In this document: positions 15,111 through 23,562 of the stretch, in pieces
How positions within the stretch are numbered: position 1 is the first letter of the stretch
Layout of the letters: each line of letters starts with the position of its first letter
IMG/VR virus record: IMGVR_UViG_3300017903_001570
Location: 1 to 25,439 of that record
Length of the DNA stretch: 25,439 nucleotides
Source: a virus
Taxonomy: Duplodnaviria > Caudoviricetes
Strand: one strand, 5' to 3'
Made by a program: the position numbers and the translations under genes
Notes under the pieces: generated by a model
What the model was told of the DNA's origin: nothing
Databases searched by the model: none
What the model saw: only the letters and a program-made list of their open reading frames with translations

Positions 15111-17672
15111 TTAAAATCTAACTAGTTCTTTAATTCTTTCTAGTTCTTCTGCGCCTTGTTCTTGTGCTGGAGCCATTCTTTCTACCATCTTACGTGCAAC
15201 TTGTTCGGCCTGTTCACCAAACTTTTTACCTACCATAGTAGCAACACCTTCTGGTCCTTTTGGAAAAGTGCCTGTGTTTTTATCATAAAAAGATTTAATA
15301 AATTCTGCTAAACCTTCTAGTGTATGTTCTTCACCATCTGAAGTTTTAAACTTAGTGCCTTTCTTTGCACCTGCTGCTTTCATTTGTCTTACTTTTTGTG
15401 CAAACTCATTGCCTTCAGTTTCTTGGCTTTCCATATCAATAACATCGCCTGCTATATCACCGTGAAACTCTTGTTTATCAATTTCGTGTCTTACTTTATC
15501 AAAGCCATCTGTTTTAATTTTTTCAATGTAATCTTGATAAATTTTGTCTGCATAGGATTCGTCTGGTTCATTGCTACCTGTGATTTCATCTTCAAGTCTT
15601 TTAATACATTCTTCAGCATCATCACAATCTTGAATAATTTCCATTCCTGTAGTAACTGCTAAATCCCAAGCGTTGCCGCCTTCAGCAACAGTGCTTTCAT
15701 CTTTTTTCTTGTTATGTTTATCTTTAATAGCACCAATTTCTTCAGCACTTGCACCCTTGCCAGCAGCACTTTGAATTGCTTTCATTCCATCTTTACCATA
15801 TTTTTTGACGCCTGCTTTGTACATAATACCACTTTCTGCTGCGTAGTCTGAAGCATTAAGTGCTTTAAGGACACTATCTCTATCAGACATAGTGTGTATT
15901 ACTATACCGCCTTGTCTCATTTCATTTGGTTCACAAGCAGCCTTAATACCTTTTGCTTCTAGAGCCTTTTCCATAGCAGCACAATCTTTTTCATCAATGC
16001 CTCTATCTTCATCATAGTCTCCATCGATATCAATTTCGTGTTTGTGTGGCTCATCTTGTCCTTCATATCCTGAAGCCTCTGTAGCAGGTTCTTTGTTTAA
16101 AAGTTCTTCTTGATGTTTTTTAAGTTCTTCAATGCTATCAAACTCGCCTGTAATCTCGTTGTCTTTGATACTATAGAATTTACCACCTTTGTTAACAGCA
16201 GCAAGTCCATATTTGTTAAAACCTCTTGACATATCTTCCTGCTGTGGCTCAACTTCATCCGCCCCTGCTGCTGGAGTGTCTGCCATATCACCAAAGTCTA
16301 GTTCACCTAGTACGTCTGGTGCATTTTCTTCAACCCAAGCCTTAACCATTGGACGAACATCCTGTTCCGGATCTGCCTTTTTGATGTCCTGTTCTAGTTT
16401 TGGATCTTCAATGATGCCTTCTAAACTGGTAATAGCATTTGTGCCATCTACGCCTGCTTGAAATTCTGTGTTAAGCAAACCATTTAACTTTTTGATCATG
16501 TCTGCCTTTTCTTCATCGTCAGCCATTGTTAGTGGTGATTCCTCGCCTAGGTTGTTAACCCAACTTTCAAAACCTGCCATTGGATCTTCTGAAACTTTTT
16601 CTTCTTCTGTTTCTTCTGTTTCTCCTGCCTCGCTCATTCCGACTATGTCGTCATAGCCTACTGTTTCTTCTTCTTTCATTAATTTGTAAATGATTGGGAA
16701 TGCGTTAGCAATATCTTCTTTGAAGTTTTTAACTGTAAATTTTTCCTTGTATTCTTCCATTACGTCATCTGGCACTTCAACTGCCTCTGGTGCCTGAAAC
16801 TCTGCTACATAATTTTCGTAATGTGCCTGTTTAGATAATTTTGCAATTCTTTCTCTTAGTCCGTTAAGTTGAGCTTTACTGCGTTCAACGATTGAATTTG
16901 TGTCGGAGTTCATTAAATCATTACGTACACAGTAGTTTGTAAAACTTTTAAGTTGGGCAATTTCTTCACTCATTTTGATAAGACTTTCACCAATTGCATC
17001 ATAAGGCAAACCGCCGTTTGCTACGTGACGCTGCATTGCTCTAGCACCTGCTAAATGAATGAAAGGATATTTAAATCTTTCCCCGTCTTGATTTTCTACA
17101 AATAGTGCTGAAATATTTCTGCTTCTATCTCCAGGTTTTTGTTCAAAGTCATCAGCAAGTTTTTTGCTGTGTTTAATTATAAGTCTTGTATCCATTAACT
17201 TTTGGAAACTCTGCGTCTTAGTTCCATAAAGGTTGCTCTCATTCATTACTGCTTCTCCGACGGGTTTTGTAATTGTATCATTATCAGATTGTGGTGTAGA
17301 GTGTTGGCTAAGAAAAGCATAATCACGCTTATCTAAGTTATCTTTTGCAATGTCTCTAGTGTCAAATGCTAATAGTCTTCTTTTAGCAAACATTCTAAGT
17401 TCTTTTAGGAAACCATACCAATTATTTTTTTGATCAGTATCCATTCCTTCTGTAATACCACTTGAAAAGTATACTTTCATTGAATTAGGTTCTGCTAAAC
17501 TTATGCTTACATGTCCTATGTTTTTGTCGTTTTCTGTATAGTCGAAATCGAAAAAACGAGCAGACTCAGGATTAATAGTTATTTGTCCTGTTGCTTCGCC
17601 TAGTTTTAAACCAGTAAATCTGCTTCTAATCTTATAAAACAGATCTGTTGAAATATTATTGGTGCTATCCAT
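15111..17672 (-). CDS. Large acidic modular protein (853 aa), probable virion/prohead protein
   Basis: Start moved to MDSTNN at 17672, just after a late promoter-like GATAAATA. It follows the terminase gene and has an ordered N-terminal part followed by short modules separated by Glu-rich linkers. Confidence 0.6.
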   Translation of the reverse strand: MDSTNNISTDLFYKIRSRFTGLKLGEATGQITINPESARFFDFDYTENDKNIGHVSISLAEPNSMKVYFSSGITEGMDTDQKNNWYGFLKELRMFAKRRLLAFDTRDIAKDNLDKRDYAFLSQHSTPQSDNDTITKPVGEAVMNESNLYGTKTQSFQKLMDTRLIIKHSKKLADDFEQKPGDRSRNISALFVENQDGERFKYPFIHLAGARAMQRHVANGGLPYDAIGESLIKMSEEIAQLKSFTNYCVRNDLMNSDTNSIVERSKAQLNGLRERIAKLSKQAHYENYVAEFQAPEAVEVPDDVMEEYKEKFTVKNFKEDIANAFPIIYKLMKEEETVGYDDIVGMSEAGETEETEEEKVSEDPMAGFESWVNNLGEESPLTMADDEEKADMIKKLNGLLNTEFQAGVDGTNAITSLEGIIEDPKLEQDIKKADPEQDVRPMVKAWVEENAPDVLGELDFGDMADTPAAGADEVEPQQEDMSRGFNKYGLAAVNKGGKFYSIKDNEITGEFDSIEELKKHQEELLNKEPATEASGYEGQDEPHKHEIDIDGDYDEDRGIDEKDCAAMEKALEAKGIKAACEPNEMRQGGIVIHTMSDRDSVLKALNASDYAAESGIMYKAGVKKYGKDGMKAIQSAAGKGASAEEIGAIKDKHNKKKDESTVAEGGNAWDLAVTTGMEIIQDCDDAEECIKRLEDEITGSNEPDESYADKIYQDYIEKIKTDGFDKVRHEIDKQEFHGDIAGDVIDMESQETEGNEFAQKVRQMKAAGAKKGTKFKTSDGEEHTLEGLAEFIKSFYDKNTGTFPKGPEGVATMVGKKFGEQAEQVARKMVERMAPAQEQGAEELERIKELVRF

Positions 17673-17679
17673 AGTAAAG

Positions 17680-17687
17680 TATTTATC
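17680..17687 (-). promoter_or_regulatory. Late promoter-like GATAAATA
   Basis: GATAAATA-CTTTACT-ATG, overlapping the terL stop. Confidence 0.55.
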
Positions 17688-19275
17688 AAAAACCACCAGA
17701 TACGAATATTGGCATTGGATACTCGTCTTCTGTCATTCTCTCCGTCAATTTTTCATATATTTTAGGATCCCAATCAGCCAATTGATTAGCCATCCTTACA
17801 ATAAGCAAGCAAGCACTAACTAAATCGTCATGCTCTCCTGTTTTTGCGTTATATCCTACTCCTGTTGCTACAAATGTTTTTAATTCAGATATAAGGGGCT
17901 TGCTGTTTATAATCATTTTGTTTTTTTCTACTGCGTTTTTCAGTCCGCTACATGCTGTGATTTTAGTTTTATGTGTAGTATTGAAACCTTTTCTGAATTT
18001 CCTTACATGCCCTTTTCTAATAGGTTCTGATAAAAATAGTCCATGGAAATTTTCTTCTCCTATATCTTTAATTACTACTAATGCTGCTTCACCTATTGTG
18101 TTATTTTCACAACTATAATAAATTGTAGGATTTGGATTTCCTCCAGCAACTTGTTCATCAAAGATATATTGTAAAATACTTTTCAAATGTCTAATTTGTT
18201 GTTGCACAGGTGTAAGATTGTGTCGCCACTCGCCTACCTGTTCCATTGATGGCATTTCAAATATTTGTATTGCTGCATAGTCTCCCCCTGTACCTAAACT
18301 AGGATCAAGTGCTAACAAATAAGTTGCTTTAGGATTAATTTTTTTATACCAACGTGTCTGTCCCATATTTTGTATAGGTTCTTTGCCTTCAAGTTCTGCA
18401 AGTTTAACACTGTTAATAAGTGTTTCATCAAAAATCAAGAACTCGCAATCAAACTCACGTCTAAATCTTTCCTCACCAATTTTTGCACGTTCTTCCTGTG
18501 CCCATTCTTCATCTCTATCAGGATGTTCATCCCATGGCGCAAAGAAAGGAAAAAATCCATTTGTTCCTACAATATTATCATTTCCATATTCGTCAAACTT
18601 TTTATTGGCTTCAGTCCATATCTGTGCAAACTGATCTTCATCAGAGTTTGGTGTGCTTGTAACTATTGCCTTACCACCTGTTGACAGTGTAGGAGAAAGT
18701 GCAGTCCAAAACTCTCGAGCTTTCTCGGGCGGTTGTACAAATGCAAACTCATCACAGTATATTAATGAAAGTGACTTACCACGTCCAGTGTCTTCTGTTG
18801 TGGTAGTTGCTTGTATTCTACTACCGTTGTCAAATTCAATTGTGTTCCTGTTGTATGTATAGATACCCGCACGAATAAAGTCTGGCAAATTTTCATAACC
18901 AAATCTATATCTATTCATGATGTCTTGTGCACCTGTGTACTTGTGTGCAGCAATTAAAACTTGTGCTTCAGGAGTAAACATACAATACCACAAAAGGTAT
19001 GCAGCCGCACAGGTAGTTTTACCCATTTGCCTTGGCAACATAGCAATTGTATATCTATGATCGTGATAGGCTCTTAATAATTCTTCTTGATATCCGTATG
19101 GCACAAAAGGCATACTGCCTTTAGTTGGATGTTGTATATGAATAAAGTTTTTTGCAAAATATAATGGACCTTCTTTAGGATCCATACATCCTTCAAGATG
19201 TTTAATCTCATCTAGTGTATATTTTTGCTTTGTATGGGCCTTCTTGATTTGAACGCCATCTAAACTCTTTGCCAT
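17686..19275 (-). CDS. terL: Terminase large subunit (T4 gp17-like)
   Basis: Walker A LPRQMGKTT, Walker B LIYCDEFAF, TSTPN, FRREFDCEF, nuclease motifs LALDPSLGTGGDY and HDDLV. Confidence 0.95.
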   Translation of the reverse strand: MAKSLDGVQIKKAHTKQKYTLDEIKHLEGCMDPKEGPLYFAKNFIHIQHPTKGSMPFVPYGYQEELLRAYHDHRYTIAMLPRQMGKTTCAAAYLLWYCMFTPEAQVLIAAHKYTGAQDIMNRYRFGYENLPDFIRAGIYTYNRNTIEFDNGSRIQATTTTEDTGRGKSLSLIYCDEFAFVQPPEKAREFWTALSPTLSTGGKAIVTSTPNSDEDQFAQIWTEANKKFDEYGNDNIVGTNGFFPFFAPWDEHPDRDEEWAQEERAKIGEERFRREFDCEFLIFDETLINSVKLAELEGKEPIQNMGQTRWYKKINPKATYLLALDPSLGTGGDYAAIQIFEMPSMEQVGEWRHNLTPVQQQIRHLKSILQYIFDEQVAGGNPNPTIYYSCENNTIGEAALVVIKDIGEENFHGLFLSEPIRKGHVRKFRKGFNTTHKTKITACSGLKNAVEKNKMIINSKPLISELKTFVATGVGYNAKTGEHDDLVSACLLIVRMANQLADWDPKIYEKLTERMTEDEYPMPIFVSGGF

Positions 19276-19280
19276 ACTAG

Positions 19281-19288
19281 TATTTATA
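19281..19288 (-). promoter_or_regulatory. T4-type late promoter TATAAATA for terL
   Basis: TATAAATA-CTAGT-ATG. Confidence 0.75.
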
Positions 19289-19293
19289 GAAGG

Positions 19294-19317
19294 AAATAGG
19301 CTCCGAAGAGCCTATTT
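19294..19317 (-). terminator. Hairpin with cUUCGg tetraloop, probable intrinsic terminator
   Basis: AAATAGGCTC-TTCG-GAGCCTATTT followed by CCTTCT, downstream of the 142-aa gene. Confidence 0.75.
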
Positions 19318-19338
19318 GGATAGTATGAAATCTATGAT

Positions 19339-19767
19339 TTATGCGAAATCAAATGATGTTTTAACTGTAGCGGTTACAGCAGTCATATCGAAGTTGTTAT
19401 TTCCGTATGTAGCACCTAGTGCAATACACTCATCTTCGATTTGTTCTACTAACGTTTCTGCGCCTGCGCCGTCATAGTCTAACGAGTCATTTGCTTGTTC
19501 AACTGCAAAACACATTTTTTGGTTAGTTGCGTGTAAGTCACCTCTGATAACAATAGTCGCATACTTACCAATAATTTCAATAAGTGCTTGGATCGCTTCG
19601 TTAGCGCCTGTTTCACCATTTGCTGCTGCTCCAAAATCAACTTCAAAGAATGTTAAGTTTTTTCCACCTGGGAAATCAATAGCAGTAACATCTGATGCAG
19701 GTTGTCTATTCGCTGCAACTAATACTGAACTACCACCGCCAATTGTTGATGTTAATAAGTCTGCCAT
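19339..19767 (-). CDS. Hypothetical protein (142 aa), possible structural/decoration protein
   Basis: AAGGAG SD, small Ala/Gly/Thr-rich protein, terminator behind it, located in the morphogenesis block. Confidence 0.6.
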   Translation of the reverse strand: MADLLTSTIGGGSSVLVAANRQPASDVTAIDFPGGKNLTFFEVDFGAAANGETGANEAIQALIEIIGKYATIVIRGDLHATNQKMCFAVEQANDSLDYDGAGAETLVEQIEDECIALGATYGNNNFDMTAVTATVKTSFDFA

Positions 19768-19769
19768 CT

Positions 19770-20498
19770 TTATGCTCCTTTATGTTCTTCTAATGCTTTA
19801 AGCAATTGCTCTTTAATAGAATTACGTAATTCAGCCTCACCAACTTTTTGCATTGGATTATCTCCACCTGCAACTTTTGGATGCGTTCCTTTACGTCTAT
19901 TCATTCCGCCTGCTGTCTTTTGAGTAATATAGTCAATATCTTTGTATTCTTCATCAGGCTCATTAGCATATGCTTCTTCTTTATCTTTCTTTTCTTCCTT
20001 GTCGTCTTTTTCCATATCATGGTCATCCATATCATGATCCATATCACCGTCTTTATCAAGTGATTTAATCATAATATGATCTTTGTCGTGGTCTTTAGGA
20101 AGATCTTTTTCTCCGCCTGGCATATCATCGTTATCGCCATCGAAGTCTGGTAATAATTTGTTTATAGGCTTAGGCATTGGAGGTCCTTCTGGATCATCCA
20201 TTGGTCCGTCCATTCCTGGTGACATAATTGACATAGTAGGAATTTCTGGCATATCAGGTTTCATATCACCTTTCATTTTTGCAATCAATGCCATCACATC
20301 GTCAATTGCATCACCTTGTGCATTAATGTTAATACTCATTGAAGCCTTATCTTTTTCAGGTGCAGGTGGCATATTCGGTGCCATCATCGGCGGCATCTCA
20401 TTCATTCCACATTCTTCAGTGTTTTGATCTACTACAGGTGCTTCGGTTTTAACACCGTCTAGTTCCTGCATTCTGGCTAGTAATTGATTAAAATCCAT
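19770..20498 (-). CDS. Acidic Met/Pro/Asp-rich low-complexity protein (242 aa), possible scaffold/internal head protein
   Basis: GGGAG SD; helical-looking termini, disordered middle, DFDGDND and DKDGDMD motifs. Confidence 0.6.
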   Translation of the reverse strand: MDFNQLLARMQELDGVKTEAPVVDQNTEECGMNEMPPMMAPNMPPAPEKDKASMSININAQGDAIDDVMALIAKMKGDMKPDMPEIPTMSIMSPGMDGPMDDPEGPPMPKPINKLLPDFDGDNDDMPGGEKDLPKDHDKDHIMIKSLDKDGDMDHDMDDHDMEKDDKEEKKDKEEAYANEPDEEYKDIDYITQKTAGGMNRRKGTHPKVAGGDNPMQKVGEAELRNSIKEQLLKALEEHKGA

Positions 20499-21088
20499 TA
20501 TTTACTCCCCACAGGACTTGCAACCCCTGCTTTATCTTGTTTTAATTTTGGTGTGTCTTGATAAACATCTGCTTTTAGTTTATCATGACCTAGTTCTTTT
20601 TTTCTTGCTTTTGCTTCTTTAGAAAGTTCTTTTAAAAAACTTTTGTTGAAGTCGTCTCCAAAATATTCCTTTGCTTTAACTTTCATGCCATCTTTATATT
20701 CGTTGTCATGTAGTAATGCACCTTCATAATCTGCTTGGCTGCCCATAGTAATTTGATCAATTTCAGTCGGGCTTGCACTATTTCTAACCTTGTAATATCC
20801 TGCTTCGCAACATCCCATCTCAAAAATTTCTTTTTCAATTTCAGATGTTGTTATTGGATATTCAGTCATTACATCGAATGTATGCACTTCTAGATTTTTC
20901 AATGTTGGAAAATCATGTGGCACTTCTTTAACTGGAGTAGTTTTCATCGCTTCAAATTGCAGAATACCACGATTTTCTAGTCTTGCTTTTAAATCGTCTG
21001 CAAAACTTTCTGGTAAATCACCTGCAACTTTAACCTTAAAACTATAGGTTTTCTTTGATTCTGATATATATTCTTTTAACGTCTTCAT
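20498..21088 (-). CDS. Hypothetical protein with a T4 capsid-targeting-sequence-like N-terminus
   Basis: Starts MKTLKEYISE, compared with the T4 internal-protein CTS MKTYQEFIAE; preceded by a late promoter-like element. Confidence 0.6.
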   Translation of the reverse strand: MKTLKEYISESKKTYSFKVKVAGDLPESFADDLKARLENRGILQFEAMKTTPVKEVPHDFPTLKNLEVHTFDVMTEYPITTSEIEKEIFEMGCCEAGYYKVRNSASPTEIDQITMGSQADYEGALLHDNEYKDGMKVKAKEYFGDDFNKSFLKELSKEAKARKKELGHDKLKADVYQDTPKLKQDKAGVASPVGSK

Positions 21089-21093
21089 GTAAG

Positions 21094-21101
21094 TATTTAT
21101 T
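21094..21101 (-). promoter_or_regulatory. Late promoter-like AATAAATA
   Basis: AATAAATA-CTTAC-ATG(21088). Confidence 0.6.
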
Positions 21102-21585
21102 CCTTTTCGCTTAATTTCTTAATTAATTCATTGCGATCGAGCATTACATAGCCCTTTCCGTCAAGCACATCATTAGGATCTTCGGGTGCGTCTTGGTCTA
21201 ATTTTAATTTTTTCAACTGTAAATCAACTGCTTTTAGTTTCTTATCTACTTTGGCAGTTTTAGCATCAATGGCGTTTTTGAGCATACTACTAGCAACTTC
21301 AAATATACGTCCGCTGTAACGTACTTCTACATTCATACCCAAATCCATCAAATCATCATATGCTTTTTCTGCTTTGTCAGCAAGACTATCTAGGTCTTTT
21401 TCTTCCATATGATCTAATTCTTGTATTTTAGGAAGACTGCTTGTAATTTTGCTTACTTCTTTATAACTTTCATCAACACTTCTAACTTGCTGCGGTGTTA
21501 CTTCTACAGGTGCAGTTTGCTCCTGCTTTTGTAATGCAGTTTCTTTATCTTCCATATTAAACAGTTCTTCTAGTTTCTTGGTCAT
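21097..21585 (-). CDS. Putative terminase small subunit (T4 gp16-like)
   Basis: Helical 162-aa protein with RIFEVASSMLKNA, a coiled coil, and C-terminal DRNELIKKL, resembling the gp16 pattern R.YEV...L...T.EL.K.L. Confidence 0.55.
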   Translation of the reverse strand: MTKKLEELFNMEDKETALQKQEQTAPVEVTPQQVRSVDESYKEVSKITSSLPKIQELDHMEEKDLDSLADKAEKAYDDLMDLGMNVEVRYSGRIFEVASSMLKNAIDAKTAKVDKKLKAVDLQLKKLKLDQDAPEDPNDVLDGKGYVMLDRNELIKKLSEKE

Positions 21586-21590
21586 AATAA

Positions 21591-21598
21591 TACTTATC
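21591..21598 (-). promoter_or_regulatory. Late promoter-like GATAAGTA
   Basis: GATAAGTA-TTATT-ATG(21585), with the same 5-nt spacing as the other copies. Confidence 0.45.
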
Positions 21599-22034
21599 GT
21601 CTTTTCTGGCCGGTGTGAAAAATATCTTCTTCGTTTACAATACGAAATCTTACACGCTTTTGTTTACACCATGCGGATGCTGCTTCCCATTTTGCCATAT
21701 TCTTAACATACTGTTCTTGATTGTATCTACTTTTTCCTACATTTTCACGCATGGTTTGATTTTTAGGTTTTACTTCAATTACTTCTGCTCTTTTCCTTCC
21801 ACCTTTTTCATTATACACAACAAAAAAGTCTGGAACATATATTGAATATTTTCCTGTAAAAGGATCTCTATAAGGTATTTTAATACTTTCACTTGCCCAT
21901 GTTTCTACACCTGGATGTTCATCTAACATTCTCATAAAAACAAATTCCCAACTACTACGAGCAAGAGGAGTTTTGGTCCCAACATACTTTCCGGGATTTT
22001 TCATTTCAAATCTGCCTTGAGCAAACTTAGGCAT
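21594..22034 (-). CDS. gp4: Head completion nuclease (T4 gp4-like, PD-(D/E)xK fold)
   Basis: Motifs: NP.KY.G, RSSWE, WASE...IPY, YVPDF, IEVKP, N.AKWEAA..WC. Confidence 0.88.
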   Translation of the reverse strand: MPKFAQGRFEMKNPGKYVGTKTPLARSSWEFVFMRMLDEHPGVETWASESIKIPYRDPFTGKYSIYVPDFFVVYNEKGGRKRAEVIEVKPKNQTMRENVGKSRYNQEQYVKNMAKWEAASAWCKQKRVRFRIVNEEDIFHTGQKRR

Positions 22035-22405
22035 TATGCTACCACGTTACGTTGTTTTGTAATGTCTGGTGATGGTTTTCTATAACCTAGTGTGGATGTC
22101 GCCGGCCTATTATTGTTGAGTATCTCTGAAACTACTCCACTTAGTTCTAATCCTTCAATCTTTTTTAGATCATCTAGTATTGTAAAAATATTTACATTTT
22201 CCAATTTAGCCTGTTTGAGAATACTCATAGAAATTGTTTGCGCTGCTTCCTTACTAAATCCTCTGCTTTCGAAAAATCCTATTGTTGCATCAACTTCTGT
22301 TGCATTAAATTCTAAAGGTGCAGTTCCATAAGTGTCAAAAAATAATTTTGTTTTAGCAGCACTGTCTGTAACTGGTTTTGCTGGTAAATTTGTTTGAGCA
22401 GCCAT
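22034..22405 (-). CDS. Hypothetical protein (123 aa), probable structural protein
   Basis: TAATG-coupled on both sides within the tail/baseplate operon. Confidence 0.7.
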   Translation of the reverse strand: MAAQTNLPAKPVTDSAAKTKLFFDTYGTAPLEFNATEVDATIGFFESRGFSKEAAQTISMSILKQAKLENVNIFTILDDLKKIEGLELSGVVSEILNNNRPATSTLGYRKPSPDITKQRNVVA

Positions 22406-23493
22406 TATGTTCCGCCTATTGTTTTCTTTTGATTACCTTTAGTGGTAGTATTACCTGGATCATTTCTATTGAATATTGATCCTGCAACTCCACTTATGGT
22501 ATTTGATATTGTTTGTGTTCCTACAGGACTAGTTAAAATATTAGTTGCTTCAGATATTAAACCTGCTTTGCTTAAACCTTTTGCACCTTTGTAAGTATTT
22601 ACTGCTTTAATTGCAGTGCTTAAAAAATTGCCTCCAGAGCTAAATGCTGTTCCATCTCCAATAGCACCAAATACAGATTCTAATCCGTCTAATACTCCAC
22701 CTTCTCCTAGAAGGTTTCCTGTTCCACCGCCTCCGATTTGTAATGGACCAGGTGTGTTATCATAATGTAAAGTTGCAAATCCTTTTGGTGATCCTTGTGA
22801 TACTGTACCTGCACTGTATCTAACTGCTTCATATGATAATGACATTGTGCTTTCTGCAGGTTCAGAAGTTGCAGCATAATCTCTATTACCGTGTTGCCAA
22901 CTTTTAATTTTAGGATTTACTAGAGTATAACCAATAAACCTTCTTCTTCCCATTGTGAACAAAGTAACAGTTTTGAATAGTGGCGAACTTACATCATTAT
23001 CTAGTCCATATCTAAATTTATCAAATTCAGTACCTGTTGCTCTGTAAGGATCTGTTTTATCTGAATATGCTGCTGTTGGCAATGTTCTATCTTTTATATA
23101 GTAACCATAATAGATTGCCCATAATGCACTTATGACACCTTGATTATCATCATGAAAAGTAAAAGTAACATCATCGTAGTTTATATTTTTATAAACTATT
23201 TTTTTTCTATTATATTGATTATATGTATCCATATCAAACGTAAATTTTGGCAAGTCTGCAGTCTTAACTAAGAGTCCTGTTTCTTCTGCATGTTTTGCAG
23301 TAAAGTTAGGAGCCTTATGTGCAGTTGGATCTAGTTCAATTCTTAGATAATAATTAAATTTCGTCTTGGGAGCAAGACGCATATTATCGTCAATGAATAG
23401 TCTAGTAGCATGAGTATAATTTGCTACTCTACCTTTAGGGTTTGTTACCCCTGTAAATACGTCTGTAAGAAATCTTGTGAATTTATTTGCCAT
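22405..23493 (-). CDS. Tail-tube-like baseplate/tube junction protein (gp48/gp54-like)
   Basis: Tube-fold pattern LVKTADLPKF...QYNRK...Y..VTFTFHDD...W...Y.L.NP.I.S...MSLSYE, plus a Gly-rich C-terminal extension; adjacent to the tail tube gene. Confidence 0.6.
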   Translation of the reverse strand: MANKFTRFLTDVFTGVTNPKGRVANYTHATRLFIDDNMRLAPKTKFNYYLRIELDPTAHKAPNFTAKHAEETGLLVKTADLPKFTFDMDTYNQYNRKKIVYKNINYDDVTFTFHDDNQGVISALWAIYYGYYIKDRTLPTAAYSDKTDPYRATGTEFDKFRYGLDNDVSSPLFKTVTLFTMGRRRFIGYTLVNPKIKSWQHGNRDYAATSEPAESTMSLSYEAVRYSAGTVSQGSPKGFATLHYDNTPGPLQIGGGGTGNLLGEGGVLDGLESVFGAIGDGTAFSSGGNFLSTAIKAVNTYKGAKGLSKAGLISEATNILTSPVGTQTISNTISGVAGSIFNRNDPGNTTTKGNQKKTIGGT

Positions 23494-23498
23494 ACTAG

Positions 23499-23506
23499 TA
23501 TTTAGC
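23499..23506 (-). promoter_or_regulatory. Late promoter-like GCTAAATA
   Basis: GCTAAATA-CTAGT-ATG(23493), immediately after a terminator. Confidence 0.6.
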
Positions 23507-23510
23507 CATA

Positions 23511-23540
23511 AAAAAAGCCCGGAAAAAATCCGGGCTTTTT
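23511..23540 (-). terminator. Intrinsic terminator after the tail tube gene (potentially bidirectional)
   Basis: AAAAAGCCCGGA-loop-TCCGGGC followed by a T7 run on the minus strand; A/T tracts on both sides. Confidence 0.85.
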
Positions 23541-23562
23541 AAATTCAATACTAAAATTAGTA

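Noticed and set aside
13113-19275. Inteins, introns or homing endonucleases in dnaE or terL, or a split-intein dnaE
   Set aside because: No intein N- or C-terminal signatures or LAGLIDADG/HNH motifs were seen, and catalytic motifs are contiguous.
21594-22034. TnsA-like endonuclease suggesting a transposon
   Set aside because: Size, motifs and location match T4 gp4 head completion protein; no other transposition genes or terminal repeats are present.
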